From: a virus
Lineage: Duplodnaviria; Caudoviricetes
Direction: 5' to 3' (one strand)
Length of the DNA: 26,120 bases
Virus record (IMG/VR): IMGVR_UViG_3300020401_000078
Location: 1 to 26,120 of that record
The position numbers were made by a program, and so were the translations under genes. Of the stretch, positions 1 to 8,450 are shown one piece after another. Under the pieces are notes generated by a model. That model worked only from the letters and a program-made list of their open reading frames with translations, did no database searches and was not told the DNA's origin. How positions within the stretch are numbered: position 1 is the stretch's first letter; each line of letters opens with the position of its first letter.

Positions 1-510
1 CCGGAGGGTTCTGAGGAGGAGAACGTCTACGGGGGCGCGATGTGGGCAAGAATGCCTATAACCGCTCTTGTTGCAGACGAGCCACTTGAGGAGTGGCCTG
101 AACCTATGGCAGTGCATAACGCGCAACCATGGGATTGTTCCTCTCATAATCATTCTGTTTACGTTTTAGATAGAGCCACACCATGTCCCTGGTTGGCGAA
201 AATAGATGGAGAAATGTACCCCGCAAAGTACTTGTTTACCGTTGATTATGCAGAAAACGAGATTGCAGATGACCCTGCTCAACACAAGCAGAGCCATGTT
301 ATGCATTTATTAGATGCAGGAGAATGGACAGGAAATATAGTGGCACTTCCAAATAACCGTGTTAGAGTGACACATCCAGCATGGTTTGAAACAGGACAGG
401 GTGCCCCAGATTTCAAACCGTCTGCACACATTCATTATTCCAAGAGTGACCTTGATTACACTCTGGATGTGAACAAAATTTTTGATAATTTGTATAACGA
501 GGAAGACTGA
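1..510 (+). CDS. Conserved phage hypothetical protein, 5'-truncated by the window
   Basis: The frame is open from base 1 (PEGSEEENVYGGA) into the listed ATG at 40, so the true start is probably upstream. Its stop overlaps the next ATG (TGATG). Confidence 0.7.
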   Translation, partial: PEGSEEENVYGGAMWARMPITALVADEPLEEWPEPMAVHNAQPWDCSSHNHSVYVLDRATPCPWLAKIDGEMYPAKYLFTVDYAENEIADDPAQHKQSHVMHLLDAGEWTGNIVALPNNRVRVTHPAWFETGQGAPDFKPSAHIHYSKSDLDYTLDVNKIFDNLYNEED

Positions 511-1178
511 TGGCAACTTCAAATTCACGAGATTTTGATCTGGATGTAGCAGAGCTTGTGGAAGAAGCATATGAACGCTGTGGTCTTCAGGTAAAAACAG
601 GCTATGACGCAAAAACTGCGCGTAGGTCTTTGAACCTAATGTTTGCAGATTGGGCAAATCGTGGGGTAAATCTTTGGACGGTTCAGCTTGGAACACAAGC
701 ACTTACCGCAGGAACCACGGAGTACACACTGACATCTGATGTTGTAGATCTGCTTGAGGTGGTTGTTCGTAGAAACAACACAGACTTTCAAGTACAGCGT
801 ATCTCAAGATCCGATTATCAAAATCTACCAAACAAAGCCACAACCGGCAGACCGTCGTCTATCTTTGTAGATAAACAAGTTACGCCTAAGATTAATGTTT
901 GGCCCGCCCCAGAAAACAGCACAGATGTACTAAGGTACTATTTCATCCAGCGTATCCAGGACGCTGATGCGGCAATCAATAATTTGGATGCACCATTTAG
1001 ATTTTTACCCTGTATGGCTGCGGGTCTTGCGTATTACCTGTCAGTCAAGAAAGCACCGGAACGTGTTCAGCTTCTAAAATCCATCTACGAAGAAGAGTTC
1101 CAACGTGCTTCTGATGAAGATCAGGACCGAGTGCCTACTCGTCTAACACCTAGCTTGGATTATCTAAGGGTGAACTAA
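510..1178 (+). CDS. Head-to-tail adaptor / DNA stabilisation protein (P22 gp4 / tail tubular A-like)
   Basis: 222 aa with N-terminal 'ELVEEAYERCG...ARRSLNLMFADWANRG.NLW' and 'GRPS..F...VWPAP' pattern typical of podovirus adaptor proteins; first gene of the neck/tail block. Confidence 0.65.
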   Translation: MATSNSRDFDLDVAELVEEAYERCGLQVKTGYDAKTARRSLNLMFADWANRGVNLWTVQLGTQALTAGTTEYTLTSDVVDLLEVVVRRNNTDFQVQRISRSDYQNLPNKATTGRPSSIFVDKQVTPKINVWPAPENSTDVLRYYFIQRIQDADAAINNLDAPFRFLPCMAAGLAYYLSVKKAPERVQLLKSIYEEEFQRASDEDQDRVPTRLTPSLDYLRVN

Positions 1179-1468
1179 TGACTCGTTTTGCGTCAGGATC
1201 AAAGGCTTACGGCATATCGGATCGATCAGGATTTCGATACCGTTTGCGTGAGATGCGAAGAGAATGGAACGGCTTGCTAGTAGGGCCTGACGAGTATGAA
1301 TCAAAACATCCTCAACTAACACCGCCTCGAAACGTAACTGACTCAGAGGCTATTCGTAATCCACGACCAGAAACACACGCGGATACATATTTTGGGTTTA
1401 AGCCAGTAGGCGGTCTTAATCTTGAAGCTACCGCGTCAGTTGGCAAAGTAACGGTAACAACGTCATGA
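1178..1468 (+). CDS. Small conserved phage protein (degenerate Zn-ribbon-like)
   Basis: 96 aa; SDRSG...VGPDEY.KHPQL pattern; TAATG and ATGA coupling on both sides. Confidence 0.6.
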   Translation: MTRFASGSKAYGISDRSGFRYRLREMRREWNGLLVGPDEYESKHPQLTPPRNVTDSEAIRNPRPETHADTYFGFKPVGGLNLEATASVGKVTVTTS

Positions 1469-2112
1469 GCTTTACATTTACAGAATTGAAAACGGCTATA
1501 CAGGATTACACTGAAAACTCGGAAACTACTTTCGTAAACAATCTTTCGATTTTCATCAAAAATGCTGAACAGCGTATATTTGAAACTGTACAGTTGGAGT
1601 TTTTCAGAAAAAACGTGACCACTAATCTAACGGCTAGCAATAGGTTTCTTGCTATGCCAGACGATTATTTAGCCTCGTATTCGTTGTCTGTTACAACTTC
1701 AGGGTCAAAAAACTTTCTTCTTATGAAAGACGTAAACTTTATTGAGGACTATAACCCAAATAGTTCTACCACCGGGGTGCCTGAGTATTATGCTGCTTTT
1801 ACGTCGGATAATTTTATTTTAGCTCCTACTCCAGATTCAGGTTATCAGGTGGAGCTCCACTACTTTTATCGCCCCACAAGCCTGACTGCCGGTGCTGATT
1901 CAGGCACTACTTGGCTGAGTACGAATGCGCCTTTCGCTATGTTGTATGGGTCACTGATTGAAGCATATACATTCATGAAGGGTGAGGCTGACATCATTCA
2001 AAACTATGATCAAAAATTCATGCAAGCGATAGCTCGTTTAAAAGACCTTGGTGAAGCCAAACAAACTGGTGATGCATACTACAACGGGTTGTTAAGGAGG
2101 CCGAAGTCATAA
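1465..2112 (+). CDS. Second head-to-tail adaptor / tail tubular protein A-like
   Basis: 215 aa; 'TFTELKTAIQDY...FIKNAEQRI', 'GVPEYYA...LAPTPD..Y.VELHYFYRP', 'TTWLS.NAP.AMLYGSLIEA', typical of phage adaptor proteins. Confidence 0.65.
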   Translation: MSFTFTELKTAIQDYTENSETTFVNNLSIFIKNAEQRIFETVQLEFFRKNVTTNLTASNRFLAMPDDYLASYSLSVTTSGSKNFLLMKDVNFIEDYNPNSSTTGVPEYYAAFTSDNFILAPTPDSGYQVELHYFYRPTSLTAGADSGTTWLSTNAPFAMLYGSLIEAYTFMKGEADIIQNYDQKFMQAIARLKDLGEAKQTGDAYYNGLLRRPKS

Positions 2113-2406
2113 ATGTTTGAAACAAGTTTAGATCTTCCGAAAGACCCTATTGTAAACGTAGTAACAACCAACAACCGTGGGCTCACTGTTGAAGAGGTTG
2201 CGGAACATTGTCTCGAAAAGATAGTCAGCGTTGCTGATACCGCGCCTCCAGCTATAAAAGATCAAGCACATGCTTTTAAAGATCAAATCAGACCTATCCT
2301 GGTTTTTTACATGCGACAAGCGGTAAAAAGTGATAGAACAACAGTATATAATATTATCCGAGACGCTGGACATCCAGATGTCGCTGAATTTTTAAGGAGA
2401 CTATAA
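2113..2406 (+). CDS. Conserved phage hypothetical protein
   Basis: 97 aa; tiles exactly between neighbours (TAAATG, TAATG). Confidence 0.65.
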   Translation: MFETSLDLPKDPIVNVVTTNNRGLTVEEVAEHCLEKIVSVADTAPPAIKDQAHAFKDQIRPILVFYMRQAVKSDRTTVYNIIRDAGHPDVAEFLRRL

Positions 2407-2852
2407 TGTCTATTACTCAAGCCATGTGCACATCATTCAAGGTTGAACTCCTCAAGGGTGTGCATAATTTCACTGCAAGTAGTGGCAATACGTTTAATCT
2501 AGCGTTGTACGCGGGTACTCCAAGCCCAGCCTTGGGTGCGGCTACTACCGCCTATCAGACAAACGGTGAAGTTTCTGGTACAGGCTACACCGCAAAAGGT
2601 CAGGCTCTTACTTCTGTAACACCAGTTGCGTCTGGTACAACTGCAATTTGTGACTTTGATGACGTAACGTTTTCGTCTTCTACGATCACGGCAAGGGGAG
2701 CGTTGATATTTAACGACAGTGCAACTGGTGATCCGGCTGTCTGTGTGCTTGATTTTGGTGCCGATAAATCCTCAACTTCTGGTGATTTCGTAGTTCAGTT
2801 CCCCGGCGGTTCTTCTCCAGACTCTAGCAACGCGATTATTAGAATTGCCTAG
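2406..2852 (+). CDS. Virion structural protein, tail-fibre associated
   Basis: 148 aa, Thr/Ser/Gly-rich; 'CTSFKVELL...LALY...EVSGTGYTA.G..L...ITARGALIFN...AVCVLDFG.DK' pattern common in phage tail regions; AGGAG upstream. Confidence 0.65.
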   Translation: MSITQAMCTSFKVELLKGVHNFTASSGNTFNLALYAGTPSPALGAATTAYQTNGEVSGTGYTAKGQALTSVTPVASGTTAICDFDDVTFSSSTITARGALIFNDSATGDPAVCVLDFGADKSSTSGDFVVQFPGGSSPDSSNAIIRIA

Positions 2853-2861
2853 GAGGTTGTT

Positions 2862-3578
2862 GTGGCTATTGCCGTCGTAAAAGACCGTGTCAAAGAAACC
2901 ACAACTACCACTGGTACGGGGACTTTAACGCTTGGCGGAGCCGAAACAGGCTTTCAGTCTTTCTCCGTTATCGGAGATGGAAACAGCACTTATTACTGCA
3001 TAACAGACGACACAGACTTTGAAGTTGGGATTGGTGTGTACACCGCTTCCGGCACAACTTTGACTCGGGCAACTATACTCGAAAGTTCGAACTCAGGCTC
3101 TGCTGTTAACTGGGGCACAGGATCAAAAACTGTCTTTTGCACTAACGCTGCCGAGCGCATGGCAATCAAAGACACAGACGATGCTTTGAACCTAGCGAAC
3201 GGCAAGCTAACGAACGTTGAGTTAGATTCGTTTCAAGAAAGCATCACGGCAAACACCTCTGCTACAGGCAGTCTTACAGTCGATAACACCATAAACAACC
3301 TTGATTTAACCTTAACGGGTAACGTTGATCTTACGCTTCCAAACACAAACGATTTGTCTTCGGGCAGTATTCGAGCACTGACCATCATTGTGCGACAAGA
3401 CGGAACTGGATCTAGAACATTTGCTATGACTGCCCCGTCAGGTTTTGCTCTCAAGTTTAATAATTCGTCTACACTACCCGCTGTAAATGCTACAGCTAAT
3501 AAGCGCACAATTTATACGGCGTTGTTGATTAAAGGCGATACAGATATTTACGTTAGTTTATCGTTTTATGAGGCGTAG
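2862..3578 (+). CDS. Tail fibre / fibre-attachment structural protein
   Basis: GTG start with AGGAGG at 2851-2856. N-terminal 'DRVKETTTTTGTGTLTLGGA..GFQSF' domain and C-terminal 'LTLTGNV...IIVRQDGTGSRT' domain are both recurrent in phage tail proteins. Confidence 0.7.
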   Translation: MAIAVVKDRVKETTTTTGTGTLTLGGAETGFQSFSVIGDGNSTYYCITDDTDFEVGIGVYTASGTTLTRATILESSNSGSAVNWGTGSKTVFCTNAAERMAIKDTDDALNLANGKLTNVELDSFQESITANTSATGSLTVDNTINNLDLTLTGNVDLTLPNTNDLSSGSIRALTIIVRQDGTGSRTFAMTAPSGFALKFNNSSTLPAVNATANKRTIYTALLIKGDTDIYVSLSFYEA

Positions 3579-3913
3579 TGATGACAATTAGATATGATAA
3601 TTTACATGTTACCATAGAGAGAGGCCAAGCAGCGTCCACAGAAATGCTTTCTTGGCTGACTTCTAGAAATATAAACACAGTTATATTGACTTATACCTCA
3701 GAAGATATTGCAGATGCTTTGTATCCACTTTCAACGTGGTTTGTGGATGACAGCGAAAACAAAATCATCTTCGATGCCGCCCCAGTTTTGGTTTTTGATC
3801 AAGTTCTTTGGGAGGCTGAAGATGGCTCTGATGCGTATCGAAAAAGAATGTACGTCACTGATGTGGATGATCTTCCCGAAGATTTTTTAACGTTTGTTGA
3901 AAAGGTCAGTTAA
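3578..3913 (+). CDS. Hypothetical protein, possible Cys-less glutaredoxin-like fold
   Basis: 111 aa (GTG at 3578 or ATG at 3581), coupled on both sides; 'STEMLSWLTSRNIN..ILTY...APVLVFD' recalls NrdH/Grx spacing without CxxC. Confidence 0.55.
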   Translation: MMTIRYDNLHVTIERGQAASTEMLSWLTSRNINTVILTYTSEDIADALYPLSTWFVDDSENKIIFDAAPVLVFDQVLWEAEDGSDAYRKRMYVTDVDDLPEDFLTFVEKVS

Positions 3914-5425
3914 ATGCCCTCGGTTGGAACTGCCACTAGGTACGATCCCTTGTACCCAGGGGCATCTGAAACCTTTAACTCAAGCGGAACATTTAACCTC
4001 CCTCCCGGAATACATGTAGTAAATGTCCAATTAACTGGAGCCACTGGTAATTCTGGTGGTGCTGGTAATCCTGGTGCTAGTGGCACGGCGGGTAATCCTG
4101 GCACGGCTGGAACAGGTGGTGCCGCAGGGAATGCTGGTGGTGCTGGTAACGCTGGCAACCCAGGTAATTCTGGTAATAACGGTGCCGCAGGAAATGGTGG
4201 CGGAGGCGGTGCCGGCAATCCAGGCAATTCCGGCAATCCAGGCAACGCTGGAAAAGGTGGCGGCGGTGGCGGTGGCTACGGAGGCGGCTTTGCCGAAATC
4301 AGCACAATCGGTCCTGGTAAAACCATAATTAATGTTAATCAGAATGGTAATGCTGGTGGTGCTGGTGGCTCCGCTTCTGGCGGAGGCACTGGTGGAAATG
4401 GTGGAAATGGAGCCGCCGCTACTGCTGCACCCCCGGCTCTAGGTAATTTCCCTAATGCTGGTAACCCAGGCAATGGTGGGAACAACGGTAGCGTAGGCTC
4501 TAACGGTAACGCCGGTAACGCAAGTGGCGGTTCTGCTGGTAACCCAGGAACTGCCGGTGCTAACGGTAATCCTGGTACTAATGGCAGTGGTGCTAATCCT
4601 GGAGGTGCCGGTGGTTCTGGGAATCCTGGTAGCGATGGAAACACTGGAACTGCCGGTAGCGATGGTAATGCTGGTGCTGATGGTAACACAGGTGGCACAA
4701 CCTCTTTTGTTGGAAACGCAAACAATTTAAGTGCCGCTGGAGGTGCTGGTGGAAATGGAGGTGCCGCAGGAACAGGGGGTGCCGCTGGTGCCGCAGGAAC
4801 AGGCAATCCCGGGGCAGACGGTAATCCTGGGAACTCGGGCACCAATGGTAGTGCTGGCACTGGTGGTAGCGCAGGAAATTCTGGGAATCCTGGCAGTAGC
4901 GGTAACTCGGGCACCGCCGGTAACGGTGGCTCTCGAGGTAACGGAGGATCCGCTGGTTTTGGTGGTGGAGGCGGTGGTGAAAACGCCAGAGGCTCACGAA
5001 GCGGGGGTAACTTTAGCGGAAACACGAATAATTTTGGAAGTGGGGGTGCCGCAGGAAACCCACGAAACTCTTCTGCAAATGTCGCAAACGGTGAAGCGGG
5101 TGGAAGAGGAGGTTTCGGAAACCCCGGCACGGGCGGTAATTCCGGCTCAAGCGGTAATACAGGCAGTAACGGCAGCAATGGAAGTGGAGCAACTAGCGGT
5201 AACAGCGGTAATTCCGGCGCAAATGGAAGTGCAGGAAGTGCTGGTGCCGATGGTACTTTTAACGCTGGCGGCGCGGGTGGCTCGGGGAATGCTGGCGGTT
5301 TAGGAAATCCAGGTTCCGCTGGAACCACAAACAACACTAATGTGAGACTGACTGTTGCACAGGAGGCGATTGCCGTGACAGTTCCGTCTAATGGTCAAGC
5401 AGTAATTACATGGGGGAGGCAGTAA
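3914..5425 (+). CDS. Glycine-rich (Gly-X-Y / polyglycine II) tail fibre or adhesin protein
   Basis: 503 aa. The beta-strand framework 'TFNSSGTFNLPPGIHVVNVQLTG', 'GGFAEISTIGPGKTIINV', 'GGTTSF..LSAAGG' and 'GQAVITW' is separated by long G-X-Y tracts with about 14 GNPG motifs. Confidence 0.75.
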   Translation: MPSVGTATRYDPLYPGASETFNSSGTFNLPPGIHVVNVQLTGATGNSGGAGNPGASGTAGNPGTAGTGGAAGNAGGAGNAGNPGNSGNNGAAGNGGGGGAGNPGNSGNPGNAGKGGGGGGGYGGGFAEISTIGPGKTIINVNQNGNAGGAGGSASGGGTGGNGGNGAAATAAPPALGNFPNAGNPGNGGNNGSVGSNGNAGNASGGSAGNPGTAGANGNPGTNGSGANPGGAGGSGNPGSDGNTGTAGSDGNAGADGNTGGTTSFVGNANNLSAAGGAGGNGGAAGTGGAAGAAGTGNPGADGNPGNSGTNGSAGTGGSAGNSGNPGSSGNSGTAGNGGSRGNGGSAGFGGGGGGENARGSRSGGNFSGNTNNFGSGGAAGNPRNSSANVANGEAGGRGGFGNPGTGGNSGSSGNTGSNGSNGSGATSGNSGNSGANGSAGSAGADGTFNAGGAGGSGNAGGLGNPGSAGTTNNTNVRLTVAQEAIAVTVPSNGQAVITWGRQ

Positions 5426-5428
5426 AAA

Positions 5429-6130
5429 TTGTTTTTTAATAAGGAGGAACCGAAAGTCTTGTTTCGCACGGAGCCGGACTTACTAGACTTTATTCCACAA
5501 CCTATTCCAGCAAGATCGGTAATACCAGAATGGTTTAAAAAGCTTGATTCTTTTTACAATCATGAAGAAACAAAGGTAAAACAGCGCACAATAAAAAGAT
5601 GCCCTCCTGTTTTGGATGCGATGGTATCGGGTTGGCTGATACCTACGGTAGCAGAGATAAACATAGTAGTTTCAAATAACGGTGAAGGGGTGTCGTGGTA
5701 CACAGAATTTGACAGATCTGTTATTGAACCTCATTCAAATGAACAGATAAAAGGGCATCCTGATCTGCCAAAGCCGCCTTTGAAGTTTATAAACTACTGG
5801 CATATGCAAACTCCACCCGGTTGGTCAACTTTGTTTACGCCGCTTTTGAATAGGGAGCAGGAGTTCTTCACACCCATGTCGGGTATTGTTGAAACAGATA
5901 AACATGAAGCGAATGTTAACTTTCCATCTTTCGTGACAAAAGAGGACGGCTCTTATATAATTCCTCCAGGGACACCAATCGTACAGGCAATCCCCTTTAA
6001 AAGAGGCTTTGATAAAAAGCCTGAAATAAGGGCATTTTCGAACGATGAATTACTGAGACGAAATTTAAATCAACGTCGTCATGCAGCAATCCCAAGCACT
6101 TATCGGGATACTCAGTGGGAACGGAAATGA
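5429..6130 (+). CDS. Conserved phage protein, DUF6065-like (possible dUTPase-like fold)
   Basis: TTG start with GGAGG at 5415-5419; motifs 'TIKRCPPVLDAM.SGWLIP', 'W..QTPPGWSTLFT', 'SGIVETD', 'IPPGTPIVQAIPFKR'. Confidence 0.6.
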   Translation: MFFNKEEPKVLFRTEPDLLDFIPQPIPARSVIPEWFKKLDSFYNHEETKVKQRTIKRCPPVLDAMVSGWLIPTVAEINIVVSNNGEGVSWYTEFDRSVIEPHSNEQIKGHPDLPKPPLKFINYWHMQTPPGWSTLFTPLLNREQEFFTPMSGIVETDKHEANVNFPSFVTKEDGSYIIPPGTPIVQAIPFKRGFDKKPEIRAFSNDELLRRNLNQRRHAAIPSTYRDTQWERK

Positions 6131-6417
6131 GCACATACAAGATTATAGATTATGTTAGACGGGTAAAAACCTATGTGGTTGTTTTTTCTCATGGTGGGAC
6201 AGAGCACAAATTAGAAGTGCCCGTCCATCTTAATACAGACGGAACTATCCATATTGAGCATACCAAGAACAAGATTTCTCGTTGGATTATTGACTACAAA
6301 GCAGAGCTCGAAGCAACCATTCCTGAAAACTCTGGTTCAATTATTGGGTCTACGTTTGAAGTCAACGAGAATCCAGGCACTGTAATTCGAGAGGCTCAAG
6401 AGGCGGAGGAACTTTAA
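6127..6417 (+). CDS. Small hypothetical protein, possible fibre-associated chaperone
   Basis: ATG at 6127 forms an ATGA overlap with the previous stop and is preferred over the listed GTG at 6115; acidic C-terminus. Confidence 0.6.
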   Translation: MSTYKIIDYVRRVKTYVVVFSHGGTEHKLEVPVHLNTDGTIHIEHTKNKISRWIIDYKAELEATIPENSGSIIGSTFEVNENPGTVIREAQEAEEL

Positions 6418-7127
6418 TGCCACATCCAATCTACGAGGGAGATCAGTCTTTCGTTTGGGATCAAATAGAAAACATCGAAAACGAGCTTCTTGTGTCTAAA
6501 GTGGTTTCTACAACTGAAGTCATGCATCACAGCCGTCCCGTAGAAGATTTTCCTGTGATTGTCCCATGGATGGAAGTCTGCAAACACCCGGACAACCCGT
6601 TTATGGCGAAAGATTATGCTTGTCACATAATGACTCATGGCAGTTGTGACTTTCAGTTCACATGGGGTAAAGACAACCCTATCCCAGAAGAGTACACAAA
6701 AAACTATGCGGCTTATCTGAAGACCATTGCTCCAGAAGAAGAAAACACTCTTGAGGCAGATTTTACTGAGGATGGCGGCTACATACGCATGTACGCAGAA
6801 GCTAACGGCAACGTTGAAGAATACTCACCGTTTAGACCTGATTGGACGCTTTTAGCTGATGTAAGGTTAAACTTACACAAAAAGTCTTCGTTAATTTGTG
6901 TTCTGAAACTAGAGTCAGAAAAAACGTGGGACATTTTGTACAGAGACGCACAAGCTGGAGACACAATCCCGTTAAAACCCATTGGTACAAAAACTTATTT
7001 TATTTTTGGTAATCCTGTGCAGAAAGAAGGCACTACACTTGAAGCCTTCAAACCATATAAGTGCAGTAGATCTTTAGAAATAACATGCCCAGAGTTTACA
7101 AAGATAGTTCGCGTACACCGTCAGTAG
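6417..7127 (+). CDS. Hypothetical protein (beta-rich)
   Basis: 236 aa, TAATG coupling, GGAGG upstream; no family recognised. Confidence 0.65.
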   Translation: MPHPIYEGDQSFVWDQIENIENELLVSKVVSTTEVMHHSRPVEDFPVIVPWMEVCKHPDNPFMAKDYACHIMTHGSCDFQFTWGKDNPIPEEYTKNYAAYLKTIAPEEENTLEADFTEDGGYIRMYAEANGNVEEYSPFRPDWTLLADVRLNLHKKSSLICVLKLESEKTWDILYRDAQAGDTIPLKPIGTKTYFIFGNPVQKEGTTLEAFKPYKCSRSLEITCPEFTKIVRVHRQ

Positions 7128-7846
7128 CGTTCTTCAAGGCTTTTGTATCGTTTGTTCGATTTCGATTTGCTAGTTATCGCAAGGACAAAGACGGGCATTT
7201 CAAACACGCTCTTGATTTACTGGAACATCTGAGCGGTAGCTATCCATATCGAACGTATCTGCGCTTAAAATCAGCGAACTTCGGTGATGCTGTGCTGAAG
7301 CCTGAGAGCAGTCTCCCTGTCCTTTTGTCGAATACCCAAAAGTTAAAAGCCCTACCTAGAAATACTTTGGGAAGACTGTATTACGAACTAAACGAAGGCA
7401 GAGAAGACATATTCACAACGCTGGCCTCTCATATGTACATAGAAAAATACACAGAAGAATACGCTCGTTTCTTACGACGAAACTTTTCTGTGCACGACAT
7501 GGTTCATATTGTTATGGGCTTTGACCGGAGCTCTTTTGGTGAAGCTAATGTGGGTGTTGCTTTATCTCACGGAGGATCTTCTCCTCATTGGAAGAACCTA
7601 TTCTTAATGCCCTTGGTATTTTCAAAGATATTCGAGGGCAAATGGAAGTTCTTTCGTTTGTCTTGGAGGATTATTTTTCATGAAACTCCTGAAAGATGCA
7701 GAGCCATAGACAACTGGGACTTGATTTACTGGGAAGATATGCTTGATAAGGACATACATAAGATACGGCAAGACCTAAAAATACCAGAACCTGTTTTGTA
7801 TAACCCGAAACTGTTTTTTATTAAGGAAGATTTAGTTAATCAATAG
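7085..7846 (+). CDS. Coq4-like (ubiquinone biosynthesis COQ4 family) metalloprotein
   Basis: Exact HDxxH-x11-E motif (HDMVH-IVMGFDRSSFG-E, 7493-7543), upstream 'LKALPRNTLGRLY' and C-terminal 'YWEDMLDKDIHKIRQDLKI', all characteristic of Coq4 family proteins. Overlaps the previous gene by 43 nt; no alternative in-frame start was seen nearby. Confidence 0.75.
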   Translation: MPRVYKDSSRTPSVAFFKAFVSFVRFRFASYRKDKDGHFKHALDLLEHLSGSYPYRTYLRLKSANFGDAVLKPESSLPVLLSNTQKLKALPRNTLGRLYYELNEGREDIFTTLASHMYIEKYTEEYARFLRRNFSVHDMVHIVMGFDRSSFGEANVGVALSHGGSSPHWKNLFLMPLVFSKIFEGKWKFFRLSWRIIFHETPERCRAIDNWDLIYWEDMLDKDIHKIRQDLKIPEPVLYNPKLFFIKEDLVNQ

Positions 7847-7854
7847 GAGGGCAT

Positions 7855-8424
7855 ATGTTTCGGTTGGAGAGTCCGGGATATTGGTTGTTTGAAAAAATGT
7901 TGCCTGAAAAAGTTTGTGATGCAATCACAGAAGTAGGAGAATCATTGTTATCCGAGATAGGGCAGATAGACAATGACGACATAAAACCAGAGTTTAGAAA
8001 CTCCTCTATCTCTTGGATTGATCCTACGTCCTGGATTGCTGGGCTTTGCACTCATTTTTTCAACACTGCTAACGTTAACAGCAACTGGAATATCGCTCTT
8101 GACCACACTGAATCACCTCAGTTTACAGAGTATCAACCAGGGCAGTTTTATGCTTTTCACACAGACTCACAGGTGACCTGTAAAGAGGATGGATTACAGC
8201 GAAAACTGTCGTTATCTATTCAATTAACTGACAAAACAGAGTATGAGGGCGGTGTTTTACGTTTTAAAAACTTCGGCGAAGAAGAAATTCACACAGAACC
8301 CGCGTTTGAGCACAAGGGTTCCGTGATTGTTTTCCCGTCACATGTACGACATGAGGTGACAGAAGTAACTAAAGGAAAGCGTAAATCTTTAGTTGCTTGG
8401 TGTCGCGGTCCTGAGTGGCGATAA
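7855..8424 (+). CDS. 2OG-Fe(II) oxygenase, prolyl 4-hydroxylase/PKHD-like
   Basis: GGAGG RBS; 'QFTEY..GQFY..HTD', 'RKLSLSIQL', 'YEGG.L.F', 'G..IVFPS...HEVT.VTKG.RKSLV.W' give the HxD...H triad and the 2OG-binding Arg. Confidence 0.88.
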   Translation: MFRLESPGYWLFEKMLPEKVCDAITEVGESLLSEIGQIDNDDIKPEFRNSSISWIDPTSWIAGLCTHFFNTANVNSNWNIALDHTESPQFTEYQPGQFYAFHTDSQVTCKEDGLQRKLSLSIQLTDKTEYEGGVLRFKNFGEEEIHTEPAFEHKGSVIVFPSHVRHEVTEVTKGKRKSLVAWCRGPEWR

Positions 8425-8450
8425 TAAAATAAATGTGATACGAATATCGT

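Noticed and set aside
4339-5337. 332-aa Pro-rich antisense ORF and other frames over the Gly-rich gene
   Set aside because: Shadow of GGN codons (Pro on the opposite strand) in a stop-poor repeat; no independent evidence of coding.
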